A stretch of DNA of 64,000 nucleotides from Gammaproteobacteria bacterium. GTDB lineage: Bacteria > Pseudomonadota > Gammaproteobacteria > UBA4575. A model generated the notes under the pieces. The model was given only the letters and a program-made list of their open reading frames with translations, searched no databases and was not told where the DNA came from. The position numbers and the translations under genes were made by a program. Of the stretch, positions 20,786-29,395 are shown piece by piece; within the stretch, counting starts at the first letter, position 1, and each line of letters begins with the position of its first letter. The stretch covers positions 320,001-384,000 of the forward strand of contig CBDEUS010000001.1 in NCBI GenBank assembly GCA_965243395.1. The letters run 5' to 3'.

Positions 20786-21226
20786 CTATTGAACTTTGAT
20801 TGTGATCTTTTTTGGCTTTGCAGCTTCTTTTTTCCCTACAGTAATTTCCAATACCCCTTTATTTGACCTTGCTGATATATCTTCAGAATCAGCTGTTTCT
20901 GGGAGATTAAAACGCCTATAGAAACTTCCATGTGATCGTTCTACACGCGTGTATCCCTCTTTATCTTCTTTAATTTCACTCTCACGCTCTCCCTTCATGG
21001 TTAATAAGCCGTTTTCCATACTGATTTCTATATCCTGGGGGTCAACTCCAGGCACATCAGCCTTAATTAAAAAATGATCATCCTTCTCTGCTATATCTAC
21101 TGCGGGTGTCCATGCGCTTGTTGCAATAGTGCTGTCCTCATCGTCTAACTCAACATTAAAAAAACGATTTAGATCCCTAAGATTAGGCAAGTAATTAAAA
21201 AATGGATCTCTTGGTACTAACTTCAT
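20786..21226 (-). CDS. Hsp20/alpha-crystallin small heat shock protein
   Basis: WTPAVDI.E, ADVPGV, ER..G.F.RRF.LP, GVLEI; AAGGAG RBS supports the start at 21226. Confidence 0.95.
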   Translation of the reverse strand: MKLVPRDPFFNYLPNLRDLNRFFNVELDDEDSTIATSAWTPAVDIAEKDDHFLIKADVPGVDPQDIEISMENGLLTMKGERESEIKEDKEGYTRVERSHGSFYRRFNLPETADSEDISARSNKGVLEITVGKKEAAKPKKITIKVQ

Positions 21227-21304
21227 ATTTTCATCTCCTTCGTATTTTGTAAAATACAATACATTCCTGTGTTCAATATTATGAATACTCTGCCTACATT
21301 AGTA

Positions 21305-21318
21305 TTGATCGAGATCAA
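21305..21318 (-). promoter_or_regulatory. FNR-type box (perfect) of the hsp20 promoter
   Basis: TTGATCGAGATCAA; minus-strand CATAAT at 21283-21278. Confidence 0.85.
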
Positions 21319-22217
21319 TTAATATCTTTTTTATAAATACTGTCTAATCGCAATAAATTCTGAGTTCTAAAGAAATATGCCTGATCCTTAATATATTGTT
21401 TAATATTATCAAGTTCTTGATTTAAAGATAATTCGTTTAGCACGCGTTCTGCGATATAGCTATCATTAATTCCCCCTAAAATATGCTGTAAATTTTTTAA
21501 AAATTCTAACTCATGTTTTTTGTGATTAATAAAAATACCTAACTCATCTACTGCATACCGAAGTTCTTTAATATTAACTCTTAGTTTATGTAAATCTTTC
21601 TGTTTATAAGAAAATATATCTTTTTTTGCTTTCAATATCTTCTTATGCTTTTTGTGTAATATATTATTGACAAGATCTTCCATGCTTTTATTAGCTTTTC
21701 GTTGTTTTTCGTCAGTTAATGTTTTTCGCCACTTTCTATTATCAACCCAATTATGAAGTTCGTTTAATAGTTTTTGATATCGGCTGGATGCTAGCTTATC
21801 GAGCATCTGTGTATGAAGAATGGATTTTTTATCTTCGGAGTATTTATGCAGCATTTTAAACTTCTCACTGCCAGCGTTATTTCTGCAAGCTCGAGATATA
21901 AATTCCTGGTTGATTACATCGAAATCACGAACCTTAGAAGTAGGTTTCAGTAAGTTTTTAATCACTCTATTAACTTCGGTTCTTTCATTACTATTTATTT
22001 CACTTTTAAAAAAATTTACAAGTGATTTAAAACGCCGTAAGGATACTCTCATTTGATGAAGAGTTTCTGGGTCATAATAATTTTGTAGTGAGTGATAGTT
22101 ACTTTGAATTTGGTTACAGTATTTCAAAAATAATTTTTCTAGAAAATTATCAAGTTTTGAGTCTTTTCTAGGTTCATGATTATTTAAAATGGGCTCCATA
22201 TAAGCTAAGTTATTCAT
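21315..22217 (-). CDS. CHAD-domain (polyphosphate-binding) protein
   Basis: LHQMRVSLRR, RDFDV, LHKLRV..KELRY, LQ..LG..ND. Confidence 0.88.
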   Translation of the reverse strand: MNNLAYMEPILNNHEPRKDSKLDNFLEKLFLKYCNQIQSNYHSLQNYYDPETLHQMRVSLRRFKSLVNFFKSEINSNERTEVNRVIKNLLKPTSKVRDFDVINQEFISRACRNNAGSEKFKMLHKYSEDKKSILHTQMLDKLASSRYQKLLNELHNWVDNRKWRKTLTDEKQRKANKSMEDLVNNILHKKHKKILKAKKDIFSYKQKDLHKLRVNIKELRYAVDELGIFINHKKHELEFLKNLQHILGGINDSYIAERVLNELSLNQELDNIKQYIKDQAYFFRTQNLLRLDSIYKKDIN

Positions 22218-22276
22218 TTTGACTATTATGATAAAAAGTTAATTGGATTAGTCTATTTAAAGCATTAAAGATGGTA

Positions 22277-22290
22277 TTGATTTAAATCAA
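22277..22290 (-). promoter_or_regulatory. FNR-type box (perfect) of the CHAD gene promoter
   Basis: TTGATTTAAATCAA; minus-strand TAGACT at 22255-22250. Confidence 0.85.
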
Positions 22291-22294
22291 TCTT

Positions 22295-23584
22295 TTATAA
22301 GACTGGTATGTATGATGATATATAAATAAAATAAATAATGGCCCCAACTAAAAATGAAACGAGAAGTATACTTCCGCTCCACTTAGCCAATTCCCAGCCC
22401 CCAATAGCAAAAGATATTATTGCTTTAACAACCGTATTAACAAATACGACGATTAAAATACCATTGGCAGCAACTTGAGTGGATAGTTTGTTGCCTACAG
22501 GTATCGAAGTTTTTGCAAAAGTAATACTCATAGGATCAGCATCAGCTATTCCAGAGAGAGCTGCTAAGGCGTAAATTCCCGTTGTACCAAAATATAATTG
22601 CACAAAATATGTAACTATAAATAGTAACGAAAGAAGTATTCCATAAAATGCTGCAGTCCCAAGTTGCAGAGGATTTTTTAATTCAATTTGTGTGGAGATT
22701 GCTTTCTTGTTTTTTTCTAGTCTCGCTATCCATAATGTAGCGCCCATTGGAATTAAAGTAAGAGCAATTAATACAGGGCTAACAAAAGGTATCAGCGAAA
22801 TATTCAAAATACCGATGACGACTAATAACCGTGCACCCATCATCCCAGCAGCGAGGGAAATACCGCCTCCGAGTAGTGCACGTGACGCAGCTACATTACT
22901 AGAAGCTAACTTTGAAAATGAAACTGCTACTGCAGTTGATGATGTTAATCCACCGAGCAGTGCGGTTAAAAAAATTCCGAATTTGGTGCCAAATATCTTC
23001 ATACTGAAATATCCAAAATAAGAAATTCCGGCAATCAGGAGTATTAGTAAGCCTATTGTTCGTGGGTTAATAACGTCGCCAGGACCCATGACTTGATTCG
23101 GAAGCAATGGGATAGCGACTGCGGCTATTAAAAGCAGTTGAATAGATGCATTTACCTCATTTACATCTAAAGTACTTATATAACTATGTAGTTTGGACTT
23201 AAGTCTGAGTAATGCGACCACAATTGCTGCTGAGGCAATGGCTTCAATTTTGTAACCAATTGCTGCAAATGCTCCGATCACAAATACTAATAAAAGAGCA
23301 ACTTCAGAGGTGTAGCCTAAATCTTTTGATTTTTCGGCATTAAATCTATAACTAACAAAAATTATAGAAGAGAGACCCAATGCTATGGACGGTATTACTA
23401 ATGGAGTAATTAGGTTACTGAGAATTGCAGATAGCCCACCTAAAAAACCTACTACGGCAAACGTTCTAAGTCCTGCATCAAAGCTCTCATGAGATTGGTT
23501 TTTGGTATGCCACTCTCTTTCAAATCCGATAACCATTCCTATTGCTAGTGCAATAAGTAAGTTAATTGTAAGTTCGATATCCAT
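22295..23584 (-). CDS. MgtC/SapB + DUF4010 membrane protein
   Basis: IG.ERE, AGLRTF, G.TSEVA, GGLTSSTA, SGIADAD. Confidence 0.88.
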   Translation of the reverse strand: MDIELTINLLIALAIGMVIGFEREWHTKNQSHESFDAGLRTFAVVGFLGGLSAILSNLITPLVIPSIALGLSSIIFVSYRFNAEKSKDLGYTSEVALLLVFVIGAFAAIGYKIEAIASAAIVVALLRLKSKLHSYISTLDVNEVNASIQLLLIAAVAIPLLPNQVMGPGDVINPRTIGLLILLIAGISYFGYFSMKIFGTKFGIFLTALLGGLTSSTAVAVSFSKLASSNVAASRALLGGGISLAAGMMGARLLVVIGILNISLIPFVSPVLIALTLIPMGATLWIARLEKNKKAISTQIELKNPLQLGTAAFYGILLSLLFIVTYFVQLYFGTTGIYALAALSGIADADPMSITFAKTSIPVGNKLSTQVAANGILIVVFVNTVVKAIISFAIGGWELAKWSGSILLVSFLVGAIIYFIYISSYIPVL

Positions 23585-23633
23585 CAGATTAAAAATTTAT
23601 TATTAAATATAAATAAACCAATTACATCAATGC

Positions 23634-23647
23634 TTGATTTATATCAA
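23634..23647. promoter_or_regulatory. FNR-type box (perfect) between divergent mgtC and cbpM
   Basis: TTGATTTATATCAA; TATATT at 23669-23674. Confidence 0.85.
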
Positions 23648-23723
23648 TGTCATATTTCACACAAAACTTATATTTATAAAAGGCAACTTGATGTGTTCTG
23701 ACGAACAGAGATAAGGACTTGAA

Positions 23724-23987
23724 ATGAATGACAATATCCTCTACACAACACGTGCGGTTTGTAATTATCAAAAAATAACCCAAGAAAATATTGATGAGAT
23801 GGTGTCATGGGGGATTGCAAACCCGCATGGCGATAAGCCTGAAAAATGGTTATTTACTCATGATGACCTTGAGCGTATTGCACGCGTTCAGAGATTTAGA
23901 AATGACTTAGACATTAATATCCCTGGGGCAGCATTTGCGCTTGATTTAATTGAGGAAGTTAAAAAATTACGAGAAAGGAGGGATTAG
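23724..23987 (+). CDS. cbpM: chaperone modulator CbpM-like (MerR-type HTH)
   Basis: EMV..GI..P....W.F....L.R...R...DLDIN.PG.A.ALDL.EE. Confidence 0.8.
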   Translation: MNDNILYTTRAVCNYQKITQENIDEMVSWGIANPHGDKPEKWLFTHDDLERIARVQRFRNDLDINIPGAAFALDLIEEVKKLRERRD

Positions 23988-23990
23988 ACT

Positions 23991-24446
23991 ATGTTTCCTT
24001 ACAAAAATGTTTTAGCTGCAATTGATTACTCTGAATTAACAGATCCAATATTTAAGAAATTAGAAAATATTTCTAAAGACTCTAATGTTAATATCATCTT
24101 ATTTAATGTTGTTGAGCGTGATATGCCTACACTTATGGGCGCATCACAAAATGAAGCAATTAGCTATAGTCGAGAATGGTCTTTAGAAGAAATTAAATTA
24201 AAAGATAACGCAGAAAATACACTTAAGAAAGAAGCAAATAAATATAACTTAGGAAAATTTAAATGTTATGCAGAGGTTGGTGTACCAAGATATTCAATAC
24301 TATTTGCTGCAAAAGCAAAAAATATAGATCTGATAGTCGTAGGCGCACATGGCGCTCGCGGTATTAAAAAAATTATTGGGTCTACTGCTCAATCGGTACT
24401 TAATAATGCCTCTTGTGATGTGCTAGCAGTGCGTAAAATGAAATAA
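23991..24446 (+). CDS. universal stress protein (single domain)
   Basis: YKNVLAAID.S, DLIVVGAHG..G....IGSTA..VL..A.CDVLAVR. Confidence 0.93.
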   Translation: MFPYKNVLAAIDYSELTDPIFKKLENISKDSNVNIILFNVVERDMPTLMGASQNEAISYSREWSLEEIKLKDNAENTLKKEANKYNLGKFKCYAEVGVPRYSILFAAKAKNIDLIVVGAHGARGIKKIIGSTAQSVLNNASCDVLAVRKMK

Positions 24447-24472
24447 GATTTTTGATTACTATGCTGCATTCC

Positions 24473-24694
24473 TTAAACAAGCGCCATTTTTTTTAACTGC
24501 TCGTCTATTTTGTCCAGTTCTGCATTGGCCTGTTCGAGTAATCTTTGCAGAACCTCATAGTTTTCTAATTGTATTGCTTGTTCTTCAAGATCGGGGTCCA
24601 AGCCTTTTTCAAAATCTCTTTTTATCGCAGTAACACGGTCAATCAACTCGTGTTGTTTTGTAAGTAGCTCGTCTCTGGTTACTGTTTTTGACAT
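24473..24694 (-). CDS. DksA/TraR-like coiled-coil protein lacking the C4 zinc finger (73 aa)
   Basis: GGAG RBS before MSKTV; DLEEQAIQLENYEVL..L...A..EL..I...L resembles the TraR/DksA N-half; no Cys. Confidence 0.6.
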   Translation of the reverse strand: MSKTVTRDELLTKQHELIDRVTAIKRDFEKGLDPDLEEQAIQLENYEVLQRLLEQANAELDKIDEQLKKMALV

Positions 24695-24719
24695 ATAGAT
24701 CTCCAAAATGTTTACAGAA

Positions 24720-25181
24720 TTATTCTTCTTGTATTGACATAATATAAACAAGAAGATCAAGAATTAATCCTCTTGCATAGAGGTATTCATTAATTTCAGA
24801 TTGATCAGTTATTTCATGATATTTTTTGGCTAGTTCATTATATTTTTCAGCTTCTTTTCGATATCGATCACCCCATACCGGCATTTCTCTACTTCCATGC
24901 ACTCCGACACTAGGGGATCCGTCAATGGTTCTATAAACATTGCTAAAAGGAAAATGACCATTATTATTTTTTGTAAGCCTCGTTAAATCGGTTGGCTTTT
25001 TTGTTAAAGATTCAGACATAACACCTTTCCCTTTGCCATCAAAGCCATGACAAATTGCACACGATCGTTCAAATTCAATTCCGCCCAAGATTGGATCATG
25101 ACTTATTGAATCACTTGAGAATGAATTCATTGAATAGACCAGCAAGAAAATAAAGGATATGAGTAGGGTGAAAAATTTCAT
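24720..25181 (-). CDS. secreted monoheme cytochrome c (paralog 2)
   Basis: Signal peptide, CAICH, DLTRL.KNNNGHFP, HGSREMPVWG. Confidence 0.9.
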   Translation of the reverse strand: MKFFTLLISFIFLLVYSMNSFSSDSISHDPILGGIEFERSCAICHGFDGKGKGVMSESLTKKPTDLTRLTKNNNGHFPFSNVYRTIDGSPSVGVHGSREMPVWGDRYRKEAEKYNELAKKYHEITDQSEINEYLYARGLILDLLVYIMSIQEE

Positions 25182-25183
25182 AA

Positions 25184-25591
25184 TTACTCCTGAATAACTT
25201 GAATATAGAGAATGATGTCTAATGCTTTAGCCTTGGCCACGGTGTTTGGCTCATTTTCAGTTTGTGTTTCTCTGATAAACTTATAGCCCCAAACTGGCAT
25301 TTCACTTGTTCCATGTTCATCAAATTGATGTGTTCCATCAAAAACACCCCATAAAAGATCAAAAGGAAAATGGCCATTGTTGTTTTTAGAAAGCACTGTC
25401 AAGTCAGGAGGCTTTCGTTTTAGAAAATCAACGATTGGTCCATCACCCTGTCCATTGCTTCCATGGCATGAGGCGCAATAGTGCATAAATTCGCTTTTTC
25501 CGATAACGCTATTTTTATCATCTGCGTTAACATGACTAGTAAATGCTGCGAAACCAAATGTGACTATTAAAATGTATTTATTTAATTTCAT
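25184..25591 (-). CDS. secreted monoheme cytochrome c (paralog 3)
   Basis: AGGAG RBS before MKLNK, CASCH, DLTVLSKNNNGHFP, HGTSEMPVWG. Confidence 0.9.
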   Translation of the reverse strand: MKLNKYILIVTFGFAAFTSHVNADDKNSVIGKSEFMHYCASCHGSNGQGDGPIVDFLKRKPPDLTVLSKNNNGHFPFDLLWGVFDGTHQFDEHGTSEMPVWGYKFIRETQTENEPNTVAKAKALDIILYIQVIQE

Positions 25592-25601
25592 ATTGACTCC
25601 T

Positions 25602-26348
25602 TTAAGCAGCATATTTCTCTAGTCTTTCGTGATCTTTTATTTCAATGAGCTTGCCATGTACTTTTATTAAGCCTTTAGCTTGTAAACGAGAAAATAAGCG
25701 ACTTACTGTTTCCATTGCAGCTGAAAGATAGTTGCCAATATCTCGTCTTGACATATATAGATTGAATTCATTACCAGAGAACCCTCTAGCAGCATAACGC
25801 CGAGATAAATTCAACAATAATGTTGCGAGACGTTGTTCTGCGCTTTTTGTCCCAATCAATAAGGTATGTTCTTCTTCATCCCTAATTTGGTGGCTCATCT
25901 GAGTTAATAACTGCTTATAAAGTTCAGGTATCTCTGCCGCGAGTTCCATGTAGCGCGCAAACGGTATTTCACAAACATAAGTAGTTTCCAGAGCTTGTGC
26001 TGTAGTGGGATACACATTTGAAGAGGCGCCATCCAATGCCACCACATCTCCCTGAATTGAAAATCCTAAAATTTGTTCACGCCCTTCTTCATCATCTATT
26101 AGGGTTTTAAGGGAACCGCTACGGATAATATAAATTGAATGAAACTTGTCGCCGGCCTGGTACAAATAATCGTTTCGATTTAATTTTTTTGAATGTTTGA
26201 TAATGGAGTTAAAAGCTTCTAGTTCCTTACCCACTAATGAGTGCGCAAAACAAGCATTTACTCTGCTGCAATCTTGACATTTATTTTGACTATAAATAGA
26301 TGGTAGTACATAAGATTTTTGCTGCGATATGACGTGTGCGGTTTGCAT
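25602..26348 (-). CDS. fnr: FNR-family transcriptional regulator with [4Fe-4S] Cys ligands
   Basis: CQDCSRVNAC (Cx2Cx5C) plus VCEIP, GREQI.GF, MSRRDIGNYL, ETVSR recognition helix. Confidence 0.9.
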   Translation of the reverse strand: MQTAHVISQQKSYVLPSIYSQNKCQDCSRVNACFAHSLVGKELEAFNSIIKHSKKLNRNDYLYQAGDKFHSIYIIRSGSLKTLIDDEEGREQILGFSIQGDVVALDGASSNVYPTTAQALETTYVCEIPFARYMELAAEIPELYKQLLTQMSHQIRDEEEHTLLIGTKSAEQRLATLLLNLSRRYAARGFSGNEFNLYMSRRDIGNYLSAAMETVSRLFSRLQAKGLIKVHGKLIEIKDHERLEKYAA

Positions 26349-26454
26349 CTCTTTACTCCCGAAAATATGTTCTTAATTCCCTTATTTTTTGATTTTTAAC
26401 CCAAGTCTTTGCTCTTGTGCGTAATTGAACACTGGTAGGCAAGAAAAAATAATT

Positions 26455-26546
26455 AGTACGTGCACGTACTCAACCTTCGGTAAATACGTAGTTGAGTCGA
26501 GTTATAGTCTTAATTGCGAATAAGGGTGTACTATGTAAATTACTGA
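26455..26546. promoter_or_regulatory. palindromic/TACG-rich sites in the fnr-fixL divergent intergenic region (candidate FixJ sites)
   Basis: Perfect 16-bp palindrome AGTACGTGCACGTACT (26455-70), TTCGGTAAATACGTAG, TAAGGGTGTACTATGTAAATTACTGA. Confidence 0.5.
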
Positions 26547-26683
26547 TATGGATACATTTAATATGCGTAGACATTTATTAATACTTGGTAAAATGGAAGG
26601 CGTTACCTCCGCAAGAAAGCACGAGTTTTATAAGGAATTTAATGTATTGGTAATTAATTACAGTAGAAATTAAACATCTAAAA

Positions 26684-28201
26684 ATGAAATTAGCTTCAGA
26701 AGCACGTTTACAGGCCATCATTGAAAGTTCTGTCGAGGCAATCATAACTATTGATGATTCTGGGATAATTCAAATGTTTAATCCGGCAGCAGAAAAAATA
26801 TTTTCTTACAAATCAACAGAAGTTATTGGAAAAAATATCAACATATTGATGCCAATGCCATATAAACAAGAACATGATTCTTATATTAAGAGTTACCAGG
26901 CAAGTGGCGATGCGAAAATAATTGGTATAGGTCGCGAACTCACTGCCGTTCGAAAAGACGGAACTGATTTTCCTATCTGGTTATCTGTAGCAGAGTTTTA
27001 CGAAGAAGAAAAACAATATTTTACAGGCTTTATCCAAGACATTACTGCATTTAAGCATGCGCAAGAAGCATTGCGCTTACGAGAAGAAGAATTTCAATTA
27101 ATTTTTGAGAATGCACCAACAGGTGTAGCTGTATTAGACACTAAGGGTCATTACACTAATGTAAATACATCTTTATGTGACATGTTGGGTTATTCAAAGC
27201 TTGAATTATTAAAACTTTCTTATAAAGATATAACTCATCCAGAAGATTTAGATATTAGTAGTGAATATCTTAGCAAGCTCCTAAAAGGAGATTTTTCAAA
27301 TTTTAATTTAGATAAGCGTTATATCCGAAAAGATAAAAAAATTGTTAATGTCGTTTTGAATGTTGCGGTTGTACATGAAAATGTTTCGTTAGCACATGAT
27401 GAGAAAGGCAATCCAGCATTTTTAATATCCCATATTCTAGATGTTTCAGATAAAGTCGAAATAGAAAATAAACTTAAAATCCAGCAAGAACAACTTGCGC
27501 ATAGAGATCGTGTCAGCATTATGGGTGAAATGACTGCAGGGATAGCACACGAGATCAATCAACCGTTAACAGCCATAGAGTCCTATTCGCAAGCAGCACA
27601 GCGTAGAATCAAAGCAAATGATATCGATAAGCTCCAAGAATTATTAGAAAAGATATCTAGAGCATCGAAGCGTGCAGGGGATGTAATTAGTCATTTACAA
27701 GCCATGGTTAAACGCGATACTCAACAACATGAGCAAATTAATATTAATAGATTGATAGAAGAGGTTGTGAAGCTAGCTGAAATCGATGCATTAGCAAATG
27801 AATTTAAAATCAAACAAGAGTTAGCATCTACCTTGCCATACGTAATGGCTGATGTCATACAACTACAGCAAGTGGTATTAAATCTAGTTCGCAATGCTAT
27901 GGATGCGGCAAAGCAAGAGTCTGAGGGAAATAGACAAATAACTATCACTACTTTGTTCTTAGCCGATGAAAATAGAATACAAGTATCGGTTAAGGATTGC
28001 GGCAAAGGTATTGACGATATAACTGCTCAACAGTTATACAACCCATTTTTTACGACAAAAAAGTCAGGTATGGGTATGGGTTTGGCGATATGTCAATCGA
28101 TTATACAATCACATGGTGGACGTTTATGGTTTATACATAACGAAAAAAAAGGTACCACCTTTCATTTCACATTACCTACCGCTGTGAGTGAAAATGAGTA
28201 A
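26684..28201 (+). CDS. fixL: FixL-like soluble heme-PAS/PAS histidine kinase
   Basis: LMPMPYKQEHDSYI..Y......IIGIGRE....RKDGT.FP heme PAS; second PAS; AHEINQPL; NLVRNA, D.G.G, PFFTTK..GMGMGL. Confidence 0.88.
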   Translation: MKLASEARLQAIIESSVEAIITIDDSGIIQMFNPAAEKIFSYKSTEVIGKNINILMPMPYKQEHDSYIKSYQASGDAKIIGIGRELTAVRKDGTDFPIWLSVAEFYEEEKQYFTGFIQDITAFKHAQEALRLREEEFQLIFENAPTGVAVLDTKGHYTNVNTSLCDMLGYSKLELLKLSYKDITHPEDLDISSEYLSKLLKGDFSNFNLDKRYIRKDKKIVNVVLNVAVVHENVSLAHDEKGNPAFLISHILDVSDKVEIENKLKIQQEQLAHRDRVSIMGEMTAGIAHEINQPLTAIESYSQAAQRRIKANDIDKLQELLEKISRASKRAGDVISHLQAMVKRDTQQHEQININRLIEEVVKLAEIDALANEFKIKQELASTLPYVMADVIQLQQVVLNLVRNAMDAAKQESEGNRQITITTLFLADENRIQVSVKDCGKGIDDITAQQLYNPFFTTKKSGMGMGLAICQSIIQSHGGRLWFIHNEKKGTTFHFTLPTAVSENE

Positions 28202-28799
28202 AGATCAACAGATTGTATTTATTGTTGATGATGATGAAGATGTACGTGATAGTTTATTCGAGCTAGTCACCTCTATTGGATTGACTGCTAAAGCATATGA
28301 GTCCGCAAACAATTTTCTAAGTGAATTCGATAAGAATGTACCTGGCTGTATTCTTGCGGATGTGCGCATGCCAGGGTTAAGCGGCATAGAATTGCAACAT
28401 AAACTCATCGAACTCCATGCGCCACAGCCACTAATTATTATTACAGGACATGGTGATATCACTATGGCGGTTCAAGCAATGAAAGATGGTGCATTTGAGT
28501 TTTTGCAAAAACCTTTCCGAGATCAAGATATTTTAGATTGCATAGTTAAAGCTCTTGAACAAGACGCTACTAATCGAATAAAAATAACCAAGCAAGCTGA
28601 CACACAAGATCGTGTAAACTCTTTAACATCTCGTGAACGTGAAGTTATTGATAAAGTGATTGAAGGAAAGCCCAATAAAATCATAGCGCGTGAGCTTGGA
28701 ATTAGTGACCGTACAGTAGAGATTCATCGTTCTCATGCCATGGAGAAGTTGGGCGTCAAATCAGCAACAGAGCTGGTCAAACTTATGCTTAGTATTTGA
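28188..28799 (+). CDS. fixJ: FixJ-like response regulator (REC + LuxR HTH)
   Basis: IVDDD, ADVRMPGLSG, TGHGDI.MAV.AMK.GA..FL.KP, LT.REREV, NK.IA..LGIS.RTVEIHR. Confidence 0.9.
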   Translation: MKMSKDQQIVFIVDDDEDVRDSLFELVTSIGLTAKAYESANNFLSEFDKNVPGCILADVRMPGLSGIELQHKLIELHAPQPLIIITGHGDITMAVQAMKDGAFEFLQKPFRDQDILDCIVKALEQDATNRIKITKQADTQDRVNSLTSREREVIDKVIEGKPNKIIARELGISDRTVEIHRSHAMEKLGVKSATELVKLMLSI

Positions 28800-28861
28800 T
28801 CCAAGACAATATCTTGGAAATCTTCAATATTCGATTGAGTACTTACAAATTTCAATAGAAA

Positions 28862-28875
28862 TTGATCGAAGTCAT
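28862..28875 (+). promoter_or_regulatory. FNR-type box (degenerate)
   Basis: TTGATCGAAGTCAT upstream of the single-domain receiver. Confidence 0.45.
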
Positions 28876-28962
28876 TATTTAAGCATCTAGTGCTATGCGA
28901 TTATTCAGAATTGAATGATATTCAATTTTGGTACACCAGTATCGCAATAGTTAAAGATTTCA

Positions 28963-29352
28963 ATGACCTGGAAGTTAAAAAAAATAGCTCCAATCCACCT
29001 GATTATTGGTGACGAAGATACCTGTGTTCAAATAACTAAACTGTTAGCCAAGATTCCAGCTGAAGTAAAAACGTTTGGTAGTGCTGGTGCATTTCTTCAT
29101 GCGCGCATCTCTGAGGCTCCAGCTTGTTTGATTACCGAAGTTAAACTAGATGATTCTGATGGAATTACGTTTATAAAACAAATGCGTGAGCATGGGTTAT
29201 CTACTCCTGTTATTGTTTTAGCAGATGGTGATAACAGTGTTAATACTGCAGTGAAAGCAATACAAGCAGGAGCATCTGATTTTATTGAAAGGCCAATTAT
29301 CGAAAGAGATTTTCTTGAACGTGTACAAAAAGTTCTAGAAAAAAGTGGATAG
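28963..29352 (+). CDS. atypical single-domain response regulator (FixT-like position)
   Basis: REC fold: CLITEVKL (Glu at the phospho-Asp position), AVKAIQAGASDFIERP. Confidence 0.75.
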   Translation: MTWKLKKIAPIHLIIGDEDTCVQITKLLAKIPAEVKTFGSAGAFLHARISEAPACLITEVKLDDSDGITFIKQMREHGLSTPVIVLADGDNSVNTAVKAIQAGASDFIERPIIERDFLERVQKVLEKSG

Positions 29353-29395
29353 GTGTTATCGTGCAATTTAGCTGTTTAAAAAGCTAGAAATTATT

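Noticed and set aside
24695-24760. Longer starts given by the ORF track for the DksA-like gene (similarly hsp20 and cytochrome paralogs 3 and 4)
   Set aside because: Extensions overlap neighbouring genes or predicted promoters; downstream ATGs have better RBS or signal-peptide context
26548-26673. 41-aa ORF upstream of fixL
   Set aside because: No clear RBS or motif; lies in the probable promoter region
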